Positions 17,457-26,059 of a DNA stretch of 64,000 nucleotides are shown here, piece after piece (position 1 is the stretch's first letter; the number at the start of each line of letters is the position of its first letter). Position numbers and translations under genes: made by a program. Source of the stretch: an uncultured Gemmatimonadales bacterium (GTDB lineage Bacteria; Gemmatimonadota; Gemmatimonadetes; Gemmatimonadales; GWC2-71-9); NCBI GenBank assembly GCA_963825055.1, contig CAWGSK010000008.1, forward strand, positions 1 through 64,000, written 5' to 3'. The notes beneath the pieces were generated by a model, which searched no databases, was not told the DNA's origin, and saw nothing but the letters and a program-made list of their open reading frames with translations.

Positions 17457-19166
17457 TCAGGACGGCGCGTCGGCCCGGGACGCTCCCTCGTCTTCTCCCC
17501 GTGGCTGCGCGACGTGTTCCCGTGTCGCTGACATGATCTTCGTGTCGGGAAAATGGCGGAAATACTCGGCGAGGGTTTCGTTGGTACCGCTCAGGTAGAC
17601 CACGTCCTCCGCCTGCACCGTAAATCCCTCCGGGAAATCCACCACGACATCCTCGCCGCGCTCCACCGCCACCACCGAGCAGCCGGTGCGGTCGCGGATC
17701 CGGCTCGTGACCAGCGGCTGGCCGGCATGGCTCCCTGCCGCCGTTGCCATGATCTTGATCTCCGCCTCCAGCGAGACCGACTGCTGGCCCAGCAGGTGGA
17801 AGGCGAGCAGCTGTCCCGCAACCTGTCCGACGGAGAGTGCGAAATCCGCCCCGGCCCGGTGGATACGGGACACGTTCTCCACGCGATTCGCCGCGGCGAT
17901 GATCACCGCGTCCGGGGCGAGGTCACGCACCACCGCGGCGGCGAACAGGTTGGCGCTGTCCCCATCCAGCGCGAGAATCACCGCCTGGGCCTGCTGCGTA
18001 CCTGCCCGCTCCAGCACCTGGATGTCCAGCGGATCGCCCACCACGTCCACCCCGGAGCGGTTTTCCGGATCCACCACCGTCACCGCCTCGCCGGCGTCCA
18101 GGAGGAATTCGGCAACCTTGTTGCCGACGTCTCCATATCCCAGCACCAGGAACGGGCCCTGGCGTGGTACCGGCGTGGCCAGCTCGCCGAGCCGGCCGAT
18201 GGCCGACTGGCTGCCCACCGCCACCATGATGGTGCCTGCGTTGAGTCGAGTCGTCTTGGGTGGCTGCCGGATGAGGCGGTCGCCCACCCAGAGGCCTACT
18301 ACCGTCGCGCCGGTGCGCGCGCGGAGCGACGACTGGGCGAGCGTCCGTCCCGCCAGGGGGCTGCCACCGGTGACGCGGAGCTCCGCCACTTCGAGGTGCT
18401 GACCGAGTCGCCGTGCGCCGGCCACGCGGGGCTTGATCCGCACGCTGGCACGGGAAGCGAGCGCGGCCGCCAGGACGTGAGTGGGAGTGAACACCGTGGT
18501 GGCCCCGGCCCGGAGCATGGGGGGCCGGCGGCTCGGGTTGGTCACCAGCGCCACGATCGGGCCCTGGTAGCCGTGGTAGCGCGCGCTCAGCGCCATCGCC
18601 GCGTTGTCGTCATCGTCACCGTTCAGCACCAGCCCGCGCGCGCCCACCAGCTCGGTCAGGTCGACCTCTTCCTCCTCCACGTTGGCGAGGACGACCTTGC
18701 GGTCCCGGTCCATCAGCCGCCGGGCGGTGGCCTCATCCTCCTCGAGGATCACGGCCGGCACCTGGGCCTGGTCCAGCTCGGCCAGCAGGGACGTCACCGC
18801 GGGTCCGTAGCGGTAGACGAGCACGTGGTCCGCCAGCTTCGGCAGCCGGGCCGGAACCCGTCCCTGGAAGCGCTCCTCGAAGAACGGCAGCACGAACACG
18901 GGGAACACCATGAACACCATGAGCAGGCCGGTGAACTGCGCCGCGACGACGTAGACCTCCATCACCGGATGTTGCCAATGCGAGTCCCGCCCGTAGCCCG
19001 TGGTCGTGAGGGTCTCCGCCGCCCACTCGATGCTGGCGCCGAGGGTGCGTGGCGAGCCCTCGAGATGGGCCATGCCGAACTGGTAGAGCAGGGCCATCAC
19101 CAGGAGCACCACGGGGAGTGCCAGGAACAGTGTGATCAGGCGCCGGTACGGGCGGGGGATGGACAT
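17457..19166 (-). CDS. potassium channel with two RCK (TrkA-N/TrkA-C) modules
   Basis: Selectivity filter 'TTTGYG' between two TM helices; 'GYGDVG' Rossmann motif; TrkA-C repeats. Confidence 0.9.
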   Translation of the reverse strand: MSIPRPYRRLITLFLALPVVLLVMALLYQFGMAHLEGSPRTLGASIEWAAETLTTTGYGRDSHWQHPVMEVYVVAAQFTGLLMVFMVFPVFVLPFFEERFQGRVPARLPKLADHVLVYRYGPAVTSLLAELDQAQVPAVILEEDEATARRLMDRDRKVVLANVEEEEVDLTELVGARGLVLNGDDDDNAAMALSARYHGYQGPIVALVTNPSRRPPMLRAGATTVFTPTHVLAAALASRASVRIKPRVAGARRLGQHLEVAELRVTGGSPLAGRTLAQSSLRARTGATVVGLWVGDRLIRQPPKTTRLNAGTIMVAVGSQSAIGRLGELATPVPRQGPFLVLGYGDVGNKVAEFLLDAGEAVTVVDPENRSGVDVVGDPLDIQVLERAGTQQAQAVILALDGDSANLFAAAVVRDLAPDAVIIAAANRVENVSRIHRAGADFALSVGQVAGQLLAFHLLGQQSVSLEAEIKIMATAAGSHAGQPLVTSRIRDRTGCSVVAVERGEDVVVDFPEGFTVQAEDVVYLSGTNETLAEYFRHFPDTKIMSATREHVAQPRGEDEGASRADAPS

Positions 19167-19213
19167 GCTTCAAGATGGGCCCCGTGCGCCGGGATGGCCA
19201 GCAGGGGCAGGTG

Positions 19214-19328
19214 TCGGGTATCGGGTATCGGGGATCGGGACCGCTCACGGCGTGCTGTGCACGCTTCTTCATGAACGACTCAACGCCTGCCCGCTCCCTA
19301 CTCCCTACTCCCTACTCCCTACTGCCTA
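19214..19328. repeat. tandem repeats (TCGGGKA)x3-4 and (CTCCCTA)x4-5
   Basis: Read directly; the YfcC stop (CTA 19326-19328) lies in the last unit. Confidence 0.9.
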
Positions 19329-20648
19329 AAGAAGCGCCACCCCGATCCCCGCAATCCCCACCAGTGCTGCGATCAGCACCCCACCGATCGCGAACCTGAT
19401 CCACCGGCCGTAGGGCACCTTCGCCGCGAGCAGCACCGCCATCAGGGCTCCGTTCGTCGGCGTCAGGAGGTCGGTGAGGCCGGCGCCGGTCTGGTAGGCG
19501 AGAACGGGGACCTGGCGGGACATCTGGAGCAGGTCGGCCAGCGGCACCACGACCGGCATGGTAAGGGCGGCCTGCCCCGAGACGCTCGGCACGGGGATGT
19601 GAAGCAGGGCATGGAACGGGATCATGAGCAGCGCGCTGGCCAGGGCGGGGACATGGCCCAGCGGCTCGGCCAGGCCGTGAAGGATCGTGTCTATGACGCG
19701 ACCGTCGGCCAGCACGAGCGAGATGCTCCGCGCGACGCCGATGATCACCGCCGCGGGCAGCATCGCCTGCATGCCCTCCACGAAGCCATTGGTGGTGCCG
19801 CCCGTGCCGAGCCGGCCGAGGAAGCCTACGACGATGCCGCTGACAACGAACCCCGCCGACAGCTCGTTGAAACCCCAGTCGAGGCGGAGAGCGCCGTACA
19901 CGTACGCCGCCATGGGGGCGATGGCGATGAAGAGGATCAGCCAGTCGCGGCCCGTCATCGCCTGGTCCGCCGCGACCGGGGCGTGATCCACTGTCGAACG
20001 GTTCCGGCTGGCGTATCGGACGGTCCAGAGAATCCAGAGGCCGACACCCGCGCCCCACATGGTGATCCGCAGCCCGCCAGCGGAGAGTGGCGGCAGCTCC
20101 GCCAGCTTGAGGGCAATCCCGGCCTGGAACGGATTGATCGGGCTGAACGCGCTGCCCACCGCGGCCGCCCCGACGCTCACCGCGACCATGGTCACCGCGT
20201 CCACCCCGAGTCCCGCGCCCAGCACGAGCAGCACGGGCACCAGCGCGACGATCTCCTCCTGCATGTTTTCGAGCCCGCCCATGACGGCGAAGAGCACCGC
20301 GACAACGGGTAACGCCCAGAGCCCCCGCCCACGGAAGAGCGCCACCAGCCACCGTACCGCCCGGCCGAGCGTGCCCACCCGTTCGACGATCACCCACGCC
20401 GCCCCCACCAGCAGCACCAGCGCGATCACGTCGGCGCCCTCGATCAGCCCGCGCGGGATCGCCACCACCGCGGCGAACGGTCCGACCGGCGCCGCTTCGA
20501 CGCGATGGTAGGTGCCGGGTTCGACCACATTGCGGCCGGTGGCGGTGTCCACGTGCCGGTCGTACTCGCCGGCGGGAAGGACCCACGTGAGCGCCGCCGC
20601 GAGCGCGACGCAGCCGACCAGCAGGACGAGCGGGTGGGGAAGGCGCAT
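19326..20648 (-). CDS. YfcC/ArcD family transporter
   Basis: 'LPHPLVLL...LTWVLPAGEYDR', 'PINPF', 'PSVSGQA.LTMP', 'TPTNG'. Confidence 0.9.
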   Translation of the reverse strand: MRLPHPLVLLVGCVALAAALTWVLPAGEYDRHVDTATGRNVVEPGTYHRVEAAPVGPFAAVVAIPRGLIEGADVIALVLLVGAAWVIVERVGTLGRAVRWLVALFRGRGLWALPVVAVLFAVMGGLENMQEEIVALVPVLLVLGAGLGVDAVTMVAVSVGAAAVGSAFSPINPFQAGIALKLAELPPLSAGGLRITMWGAGVGLWILWTVRYASRNRSTVDHAPVAADQAMTGRDWLILFIAIAPMAAYVYGALRLDWGFNELSAGFVVSGIVVGFLGRLGTGGTTNGFVEGMQAMLPAAVIIGVARSISLVLADGRVIDTILHGLAEPLGHVPALASALLMIPFHALLHIPVPSVSGQAALTMPVVVPLADLLQMSRQVPVLAYQTGAGLTDLLTPTNGALMAVLLAAKVPYGRWIRFAIGGVLIAALVGIAGIGVALL

Positions 20649-20655
20649 GAGAGAA

Positions 20656-20676
20656 AGGGAGTAGGGAATAGGGAAG
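20656..20676. repeat. (AGGGART)x3
   Basis: Inverted relative to 19294-19328, so the pair brackets yfcC. Confidence 0.7.
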
Positions 20677-20755
20677 GGGCGGCCGGCCGGCCGCCCGCGT
20701 AGAATCGTTAACTCGTTGAGTGGCCCGCCGTCCGCCCTTGTTTCATCCCTGCCTG

Positions 20756-21243
20756 CTACGGCCTCACTTGATAGCTCCCCGTCCACATGCCGCCGCCGGA
20801 TCCGTCCTGGCTGTCGTCGGTCGCGGTCCAGGTGCCGCCGCCGCTGATGCCCTTGAGCTTGCCTCGGCCGTCGATGTAGCGCCATTCCCCGCAGGCCCAT
20901 TCACAGGCGCCGACGCCGAAGGACGTCATCCGGAACGCGTACGAGTAGAGATTGCCGTCCTTGTCCATGGCGGTGCAGGCGCCTGTGTTCATGACCGGCT
21001 TGCCATCGGCGGAGACCAGCAGCGTGGCCGTACAGTAGGGCTCCGTGTCCTTCATGGGCGACATGCCCTCGGTGACCACCAGGTCTTGCCGGAACTGCGA
21101 CTGGATCATCGTGGTGCCGTCCTCCATCGCCATCGTATCCGCCCACGTCGTCGAAACGGTATAGTCGCCCTTCGAGGCCATTTCCTGGGCCTGGAGTGGC
21201 ACGGCGATGGCGAGTAACACGGGGCAATACGGTTGCGTGACAT
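20756..21243 (-). CDS. secreted hypothetical beta-rich protein, possible frameshift near the start
   Basis: 'LLAIAVPLQAQ' signal end; the RBS-linked ATG at 21243 is out of frame with the body. Confidence 0.55.
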
Positions 21244-21339
21244 GGAGACCTCCAGGGGAGAGGCCGGGGAGACTTCCCCGTCGCATGAAGAAGGGATTGG
21301 ATCGATACAGTGGGGCGCGGGGCGGGGAAAGTCAATTTT

Positions 21340-21513
21340 GGCGGACAGGCGGACAGGCGGACAGGCGGACAGGCGGACAGGCGGACAGGTGGACAGGCGG
21401 ACAGGCGGACAGGGCGGACAGGGCGGACAGGTGGACAGGCGGACAAGGCGGACAGGCGGACAGGCGGACAAGGCGGACAAGGCGGACAGGCGGACAGGCG
21501 GACAGGCGGACAA
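21340..21513. repeat. tandem repeat (GGCGGACA) about 21 units
   Basis: Read directly; 8-nt unit with 9-nt variants. Confidence 0.95.
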
Positions 21514-21528
21514 GGCGATCGGTGTTGG

Positions 21529-21581
21529 TGTCATTCCGAGCGTCCAGCGAGGAATCTTCTGTCCCGGGATCGAGTGCCTTC
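21529..21581. repeat. left half of a REP/MITE-like element
   Basis: TGTCATTCCGAGCGTCCAGCGAGGAATCTTC is identical to 27948-27978. Confidence 0.8.
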
Positions 21582-21593
21582 CATGATCCCGCG

Positions 21594-21625
21594 ACTCAAC
21601 CACTCAACCACTCAACCACTCAACC
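21594..21625. repeat. (ACTCAACC)x4
   Basis: Read directly. Confidence 0.9.
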
Positions 21626-21637
21626 CCCTCGCCCATC

Positions 21638-22078
21638 TCACTTCAGGTCAACCACCTCAATCCCACCCCATCGCTGCTGCAGATATTCCGCCACCATGGT
21701 CCGATGGCAGTCCGCCGGGTCGTGTTCAGAGCAGAGCAGGCACGCATCCTCGAATTCCGATGGATCCAGCATCTTTTCCACCTTCCGCTGGCGCAGCAGT
21801 GCGGTGAAGCGGTCATGGAACTCGCCCTGATTCCGGGCCTTGTCCCTCCGGTACTTCTTCAGGATCTCGTCCGTCGGCGCCAGCAACGGCTCATGCCGGT
21901 AGCCGATGCCGCCAATGGTCTCGAGGAACCAGGGCAGGTCCTGCGCCCGGGTGAAACCGGCCAGCTGGGAGGTGTTGTTGAGGCGGACATCGACGACGCG
22001 CTTCACGCCTGCGTCCACGAGCAGCCCGAAGAACTGCTCAGCGCTTTTCTGCGTGAAGCCGATGGTGAAGAGGCGCAT
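21638..22078 (-). CDS. DUF488 family protein
   Basis: 'LFTIGFTQKSAE.FF', 'VVDVRLNN.SQLAGF', 'LLCSE....CHR'. Confidence 0.9.
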   Translation of the reverse strand: MRLFTIGFTQKSAEQFFGLLVDAGVKRVVDVRLNNTSQLAGFTRAQDLPWFLETIGGIGYRHEPLLAPTDEILKKYRRDKARNQGEFHDRFTALLRQRKVEKMLDPSEFEDACLLCSEHDPADCHRTMVAEYLQQRWGGIEVVDLK

Positions 22079-22115
22079 GTCGCAATCTCGATCGTGGAGT
22101 GGAGGAACAGGGGGA

Positions 22116-22216
22116 GTGATTGGTGAGTAGTGAGTAGTGCATGGTCGGCAAGACCGGGGCGCGCTGATTGCACTCCGAGTCACCTTGAAGCACTACTCAC
22201 TAATCACTAATCACTG
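22116..22216. repeat. inverted heptamer arrays (GTGAKTR)n ... (CACTAMT)n
   Basis: Arms at 22116-22139 and 22191-22216; the Fpg stop lies in the right arm. Confidence 0.85.
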
Positions 22217-23085
22217 ACCTTCTTCGGCCAATCCTCCTTGAGCAACCTCGACAACCCCCGATCCGCCAGCAGGCGCCCGCCCGTCTGGCATCTCGCGCAG
22301 TAGTTGGTCTCGTTGTCTGCCCAGCGGATGCGCTGGATCGGAGTGCCGCAGTCGGGACACGGCTGGCCAAAACGGCCGTGCACCGCCATGCCCTCGCGAA
22401 ACGCCGTGACCTTCTCGGGAAAGGCCTCCCCGTTCGCCTCCCGGAGCCGGGCGGTCCACTCGTCGAGCACCGACCGCGTTGCCTCGTAGAGCTGTTCGAT
22501 CTCCCCGTCGTCCAGGTTGGTGGAGAGCTGCACCGGTGACAACCGGGCCCGGTGCATGATTTCATCGGCGTAGGCATTCCCGATGCCGTCCAGCAGGCGC
22601 GGGTCCGTCAGGGCCCGCCGGAGGGTATGTCGCTCGCGACGGATCGCGGTCTGGAATTCCTCGAGCGACGCCGCCTGCACATCGAGCCCGCCGCGGTGGA
22701 ACGCGACGAGTGACTCCCGGCCCCGCACCAGATGGAGTGAGGCCCGTTTCTTCGTGCCGGCCTCGGTGAGCCACAGGGAGCCGTGGGGAAACGCGAACTC
22801 AGCCTGGGCGAGCTTCCCCGGCGGTTTCTTTCCCGGCTCCCTCCACCGGAGCCGCCCGGCAATCATGAGATGCAGGATAATGAAGTGGTCGCCCTCGAGG
22901 TCCAGGACGAGGCGCTTCCCGATCCGCTCGATCCCGGTCACCCGCCGGCCCGCGGCGTCCGCCAGCGGCGGATCCACGGTCTTGAGCAGTGAGGGACTCC
23001 GCACCCGCACGTCTTCGAGCACATGTCCGGTCACGAACCGGTCGAGTGCGTCCAGGTAGAGGAGGATGTCGGGGAGTTCGGGCAT
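22207..23085 (-). CDS. Fpg/Nei family DNA glycosylase
   Basis: N-terminal 'MPELPD', 'HLMIAGRL', H2TH 'GIGNAYADE', C-terminal Zn finger CPDC...CARCQ. Confidence 0.93.
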   Translation of the reverse strand: MPELPDILLYLDALDRFVTGHVLEDVRVRSPSLLKTVDPPLADAAGRRVTGIERIGKRLVLDLEGDHFIILHLMIAGRLRWREPGKKPPGKLAQAEFAFPHGSLWLTEAGTKKRASLHLVRGRESLVAFHRGGLDVQAASLEEFQTAIRRERHTLRRALTDPRLLDGIGNAYADEIMHRARLSPVQLSTNLDDGEIEQLYEATRSVLDEWTARLREANGEAFPEKVTAFREGMAVHGRFGQPCPDCGTPIQRIRWADNETNYCARCQTGGRLLADRGLSRLLKEDWPKKVSD

Positions 23086-23100
23086 CGTGTCAGGGTGGTC

Positions 23101-23230
23101 AGGGCGGACAAGGCGGACAGGACGGTCGACCAACGACTCAACGATTCAACCACTCAACGACCACTTGCCACTTGCTACTTGCCACCTGCCACCTGCCACT
23201 CGCCACTCGCCACTCGCCACTCGCTACTCG
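23101..23230. repeat. compound repeat: GGCGGACAA / ACGACTCA / CCACTTG / CGCCACT units
   Basis: Read directly; fills the GNAT-Fpg intergenic space. Confidence 0.85.
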
Positions 23231-23901
23231 CTGCTCTCCCATATCTGCCTCCCCACGTAGTCCTCCGGCTGTGCCAGGTCCTCGTTCAGCCACTCGATCA
23301 CGGCGGCCCATCCCAGGCTCGCGGGGTCGTTCCGCAGGTAGTCACCGACCACGGCAAGGACGTGGAAGTCCTGGCGCAACTGGAAAGAGAGCGTGGGGTC
23401 CGAGAGCTCGCCTGTGACGACCTTCCGGACGTAGCCCTCCGCGCTCATCTGCCCGGCGCAGCGGCTGTACCCCCGCAGGCGTGCACCCGCCCGGATCCGG
23501 AGCAGGTCCAGCCGCCGGACCAGGTCGCGACGCCACTGATAGAGCTTCTTCCCGATGCCCAGCCCCTGATACAACGGGTGAACCATGACCTCGGCGCCGT
23601 ACAGGGTGCGGCCTTCCGAATCGTGGTTGGCGAAGGTCCCGTGCTCGGTGAAGTCGCGCCAGTTGGTGTCCATGTCGTAGTCGTCCCAGAGGACGACCAG
23701 GCTGGCGGCCATGCCGACGACTGTCTTCCCACCCTCGACGGCGACGGCCTGGCCGTCGGCAAAGAGGGCATGATGGCTTTCGAGCTGCGCCAGGCTCCAG
23801 GAGGGGGAATGAGGGTACACGGCGCAGCAGAGGTCGATGATGCCGGGGAAATCCCCCGGCACCGTCGTGCGGACGCTGACCTCGTCCACCCCGCCTCTCA
23901 C
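23224..23901 (-). CDS. GNAT family acetyltransferase (nitrilase-associated type)
   Basis: 'LYGAEVMVHP.YQG.GIGKKLY', 'DPTLSFQL..DF'. Confidence 0.88.
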   Translation of the reverse strand: MRGGVDEVSVRTTVPGDFPGIIDLCCAVYPHSPSWSLAQLESHHALFADGQAVAVEGGKTVVGMAASLVVLWDDYDMDTNWRDFTEHGTFANHDSEGRTLYGAEVMVHPLYQGLGIGKKLYQWRRDLVRRLDLLRIRAGARLRGYSRCAGQMSAEGYVRKVVTGELSDPTLSFQLRQDFHVLAVVGDYLRNDPASLGWAAVIEWLNEDLAQPEDYVGRQIWESSE

Positions 23902-24818
23902 AGACGCACGGTCTCCACGTCGGCCACGATACTCGCCGTGCGCTCACTGTCGAGCAGCGGGATGACCGTGCCGCTCGAGCGGGTGTCGAGGATGGTGTTG
24001 AGGTTCATCTCGCCGATGACCATGCTTTCCTGGTTGGGCTGTCCTTCGGCAAGGATGCCGTCCCGGGAGAAGGGGAAGTCGCTCGGGGTGAGAATGGACG
24101 CCTGGCCATAATTGAGCGAAACCGCCGGCACGTTCGGCAATGAGCCGACGGTGCTGGACTGGATCACGTACATCTGATTCTCGATGGCCCGTGCCTGGGC
24201 ACAGTAGCGTACCCGCAGGAACCCCTGCCGCTCGTCCGTGCAGCTCGGGACGATGAGTACGTGCGCCCCGCGCCGGGCCGCCGCCCGCGCGATCTCGGGA
24301 AACTCGACGTCGTAGCAGACCGCGATGGCCACAGGCCCGAAGCTCGTTTCGAAGATGCGCAGGCCATGCCGGGGCGAGACGTGCCATTCCTCGGTCTCGA
24401 ACCGGGTCATGTGGAGCTTGCCCTGGATGCCGTAGTCGCCCGATGGGCCGAAGAAGAAGCACTCGTTGTGGATCTTGTCGGTCTCCGGGTCACGCACCGG
24501 GATCGTCCCTCCCACGATGTACATCTTCCGCCGCCTCGCCATCTCGCTCATGACCGAGACGTAGGCCTCCTGCTGGCCGGCCAGGTCCCGGATCTGCTCA
24601 TTGATGGGGCGGCGGATGTCGCCCAGCGTCAGGAGCTGGACCGTGAAATATTCGGGGAACACGAGCAGACTGCACTTGTAGTCCGCCGCGGTGTCCACGA
24701 GGCCCTCGACCTGGTCCCTGAACTGGTCGAAGGTCCGTACCGGCCGGATGAAGTACTGGAGCGAGGCGGCGCGTAGGCGGTCCAATGGTCCTCTCAGGCT
24801 GGGGGACGGGGGGCTCAT
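23898..24818 (-). CDS. carbon-nitrogen hydrolase (nitrilase superfamily)
   Basis: Catalytic triad motifs 'FPEY', 'KLH', 'CYDVEFPE'; 'ARAIENQ'. Confidence 0.93.
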   Translation of the reverse strand: MSPPSPSLRGPLDRLRAASLQYFIRPVRTFDQFRDQVEGLVDTAADYKCSLLVFPEYFTVQLLTLGDIRRPINEQIRDLAGQQEAYVSVMSEMARRRKMYIVGGTIPVRDPETDKIHNECFFFGPSGDYGIQGKLHMTRFETEEWHVSPRHGLRIFETSFGPVAIAVCYDVEFPEIARAAARRGAHVLIVPSCTDERQGFLRVRYCAQARAIENQMYVIQSSTVGSLPNVPAVSLNYGQASILTPSDFPFSRDGILAEGQPNQESMVIGEMNLNTILDTRSSGTVIPLLDSERTASIVADVETVRL

Positions 24819-24874
24819 GGATGATAATGGGTCCCGGCCGCGCCCCGGGTGTCCCGCTTGTTTACTTTCCTGTC

Positions 24875-26029
24875 ATGCCACCCAAAGCCGCCTTGTTTGA
24901 GACAGCCCTTGGGACCTGTGCCGTGGCGTGGTCCCCCCGCGGCCTCGTCCGCCTGATGCTCCCCGAAGGACGGCGCGGGCAGGTCGAGGCACGCCTCCGG
25001 GACCTGCATCCCGATGCCGAGTTCGCCGACCCTCCCGGCTGGGTTTCCCGCGAGATTACCCGGGTCCGCCGGCACCTGGACGGGCGGCCACAGTCGTTCC
25101 GCGCGGCCAGGCTGGATCTCAACGGGGCCGGCGGTGGTTTCACGGAAAGGGTCTACGCCGCCCTCCGGGAGGTCGAGGCGGGACGGACGGTGACGTACGG
25201 TGAACTGGCGGGCCTGGCCGGTAGCCCCGGCGCCTCGCGCGCCGTGGGACGCGCGATGGCGACCAACCCGCTGCCGCTCATTATCCCCTGCCACCGGGTC
25301 CTGGCCGCGGGCGGGAAGCCCGGCGGATTCAGTGCCGCTGGCGGGGTCGCGACGAAGCGGCGGATTCTGTCACTGGAGGGCGTCGAGCTGGCGGATGCCC
25401 CCGATGGAGAGCTGCCGTACGACGGCGACGAGGCGGTTCGGCACCTGGTCGAGGCCGATCCGCTGCTCGGGAAGGTGATCGAGCGCGCCGGACCGCTCCG
25501 GCTCCGGCTGGACGTGATGCAGAGTCCGTTCGAGTCACTGGCGGAATCCATCGTGTACCAGCAGCTGACCGGGAAGGCCGCCGCGACCATTCACGGCCGC
25601 CTGCTCGGCCTGTACAAGCCGAGGAAGCGGCTCAGGCCCGTCGACATCGCCGCGTCAACGGATGAGGAGCTTCGCGGCGTGGGGCTCTCCCGCGCCAAGG
25701 TTGCCGCACTCCGGGACCTGGCGGCGAAGACGGAATCCGGCGTGGTGCCGACCCGGGCCAGGCTGCTTCGCATGGAGAACTCGGAGATCATCGAGCGACT
25801 CACGGCCATTCGGGGGATCGGGCCGTGGACAGTGGAGATGATGCTGATCTTCCGGCTGGGCCGGCCCGATGTCCTGCCGGTGACGGATTACGGTGTACGG
25901 AAGGGATTCATGAAGGCGTTCCGGAAGCGGAAGCTGCCGAACGCGGCTGAACTCACCCGCCGGGGTGAGCGGTGGCGGCCCTATCGGTCGGTGGCGGCAT
26001 GGTATCTCTGGCGGGCGTGCGAGGCATGA
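24875..26029 (+). CDS. fused Ogt (O6-methylguanine methyltransferase) and AlkA-type 3-methyladenine glycosylase
   Basis: 'TYGELA...RAVG...NPL..IIPCHRV' then HhH-GPD 'RGIGPWT...LGRPDVLPVTD', 'WRPYRS.A.WYLW'. Confidence 0.9.
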   Translation: MPPKAALFETALGTCAVAWSPRGLVRLMLPEGRRGQVEARLRDLHPDAEFADPPGWVSREITRVRRHLDGRPQSFRAARLDLNGAGGGFTERVYAALREVEAGRTVTYGELAGLAGSPGASRAVGRAMATNPLPLIIPCHRVLAAGGKPGGFSAAGGVATKRRILSLEGVELADAPDGELPYDGDEAVRHLVEADPLLGKVIERAGPLRLRLDVMQSPFESLAESIVYQQLTGKAAATIHGRLLGLYKPRKRLRPVDIAASTDEELRGVGLSRAKVAALRDLAAKTESGVVPTRARLLRMENSEIIERLTAIRGIGPWTVEMMLIFRLGRPDVLPVTDYGVRKGFMKAFRKRKLPNAAELTRRGERWRPYRSVAAWYLWRACEA

Positions 26030-26059
26030 ATCGCGCCCCTGATGACATAAGGTTGAGGC

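Noticed and set aside
21340..21625. Possible CRISPR array
   Set aside because: Units are 8-9 nt in direct tandem with no unique spacers, and there are no cas genes in the window.
20901..21830. ORFs with 'GGQADRRT' or 'LSACPPVR' repeats
   Set aside because: Translations of the stop-free GGCGGACA array, not credible proteins.
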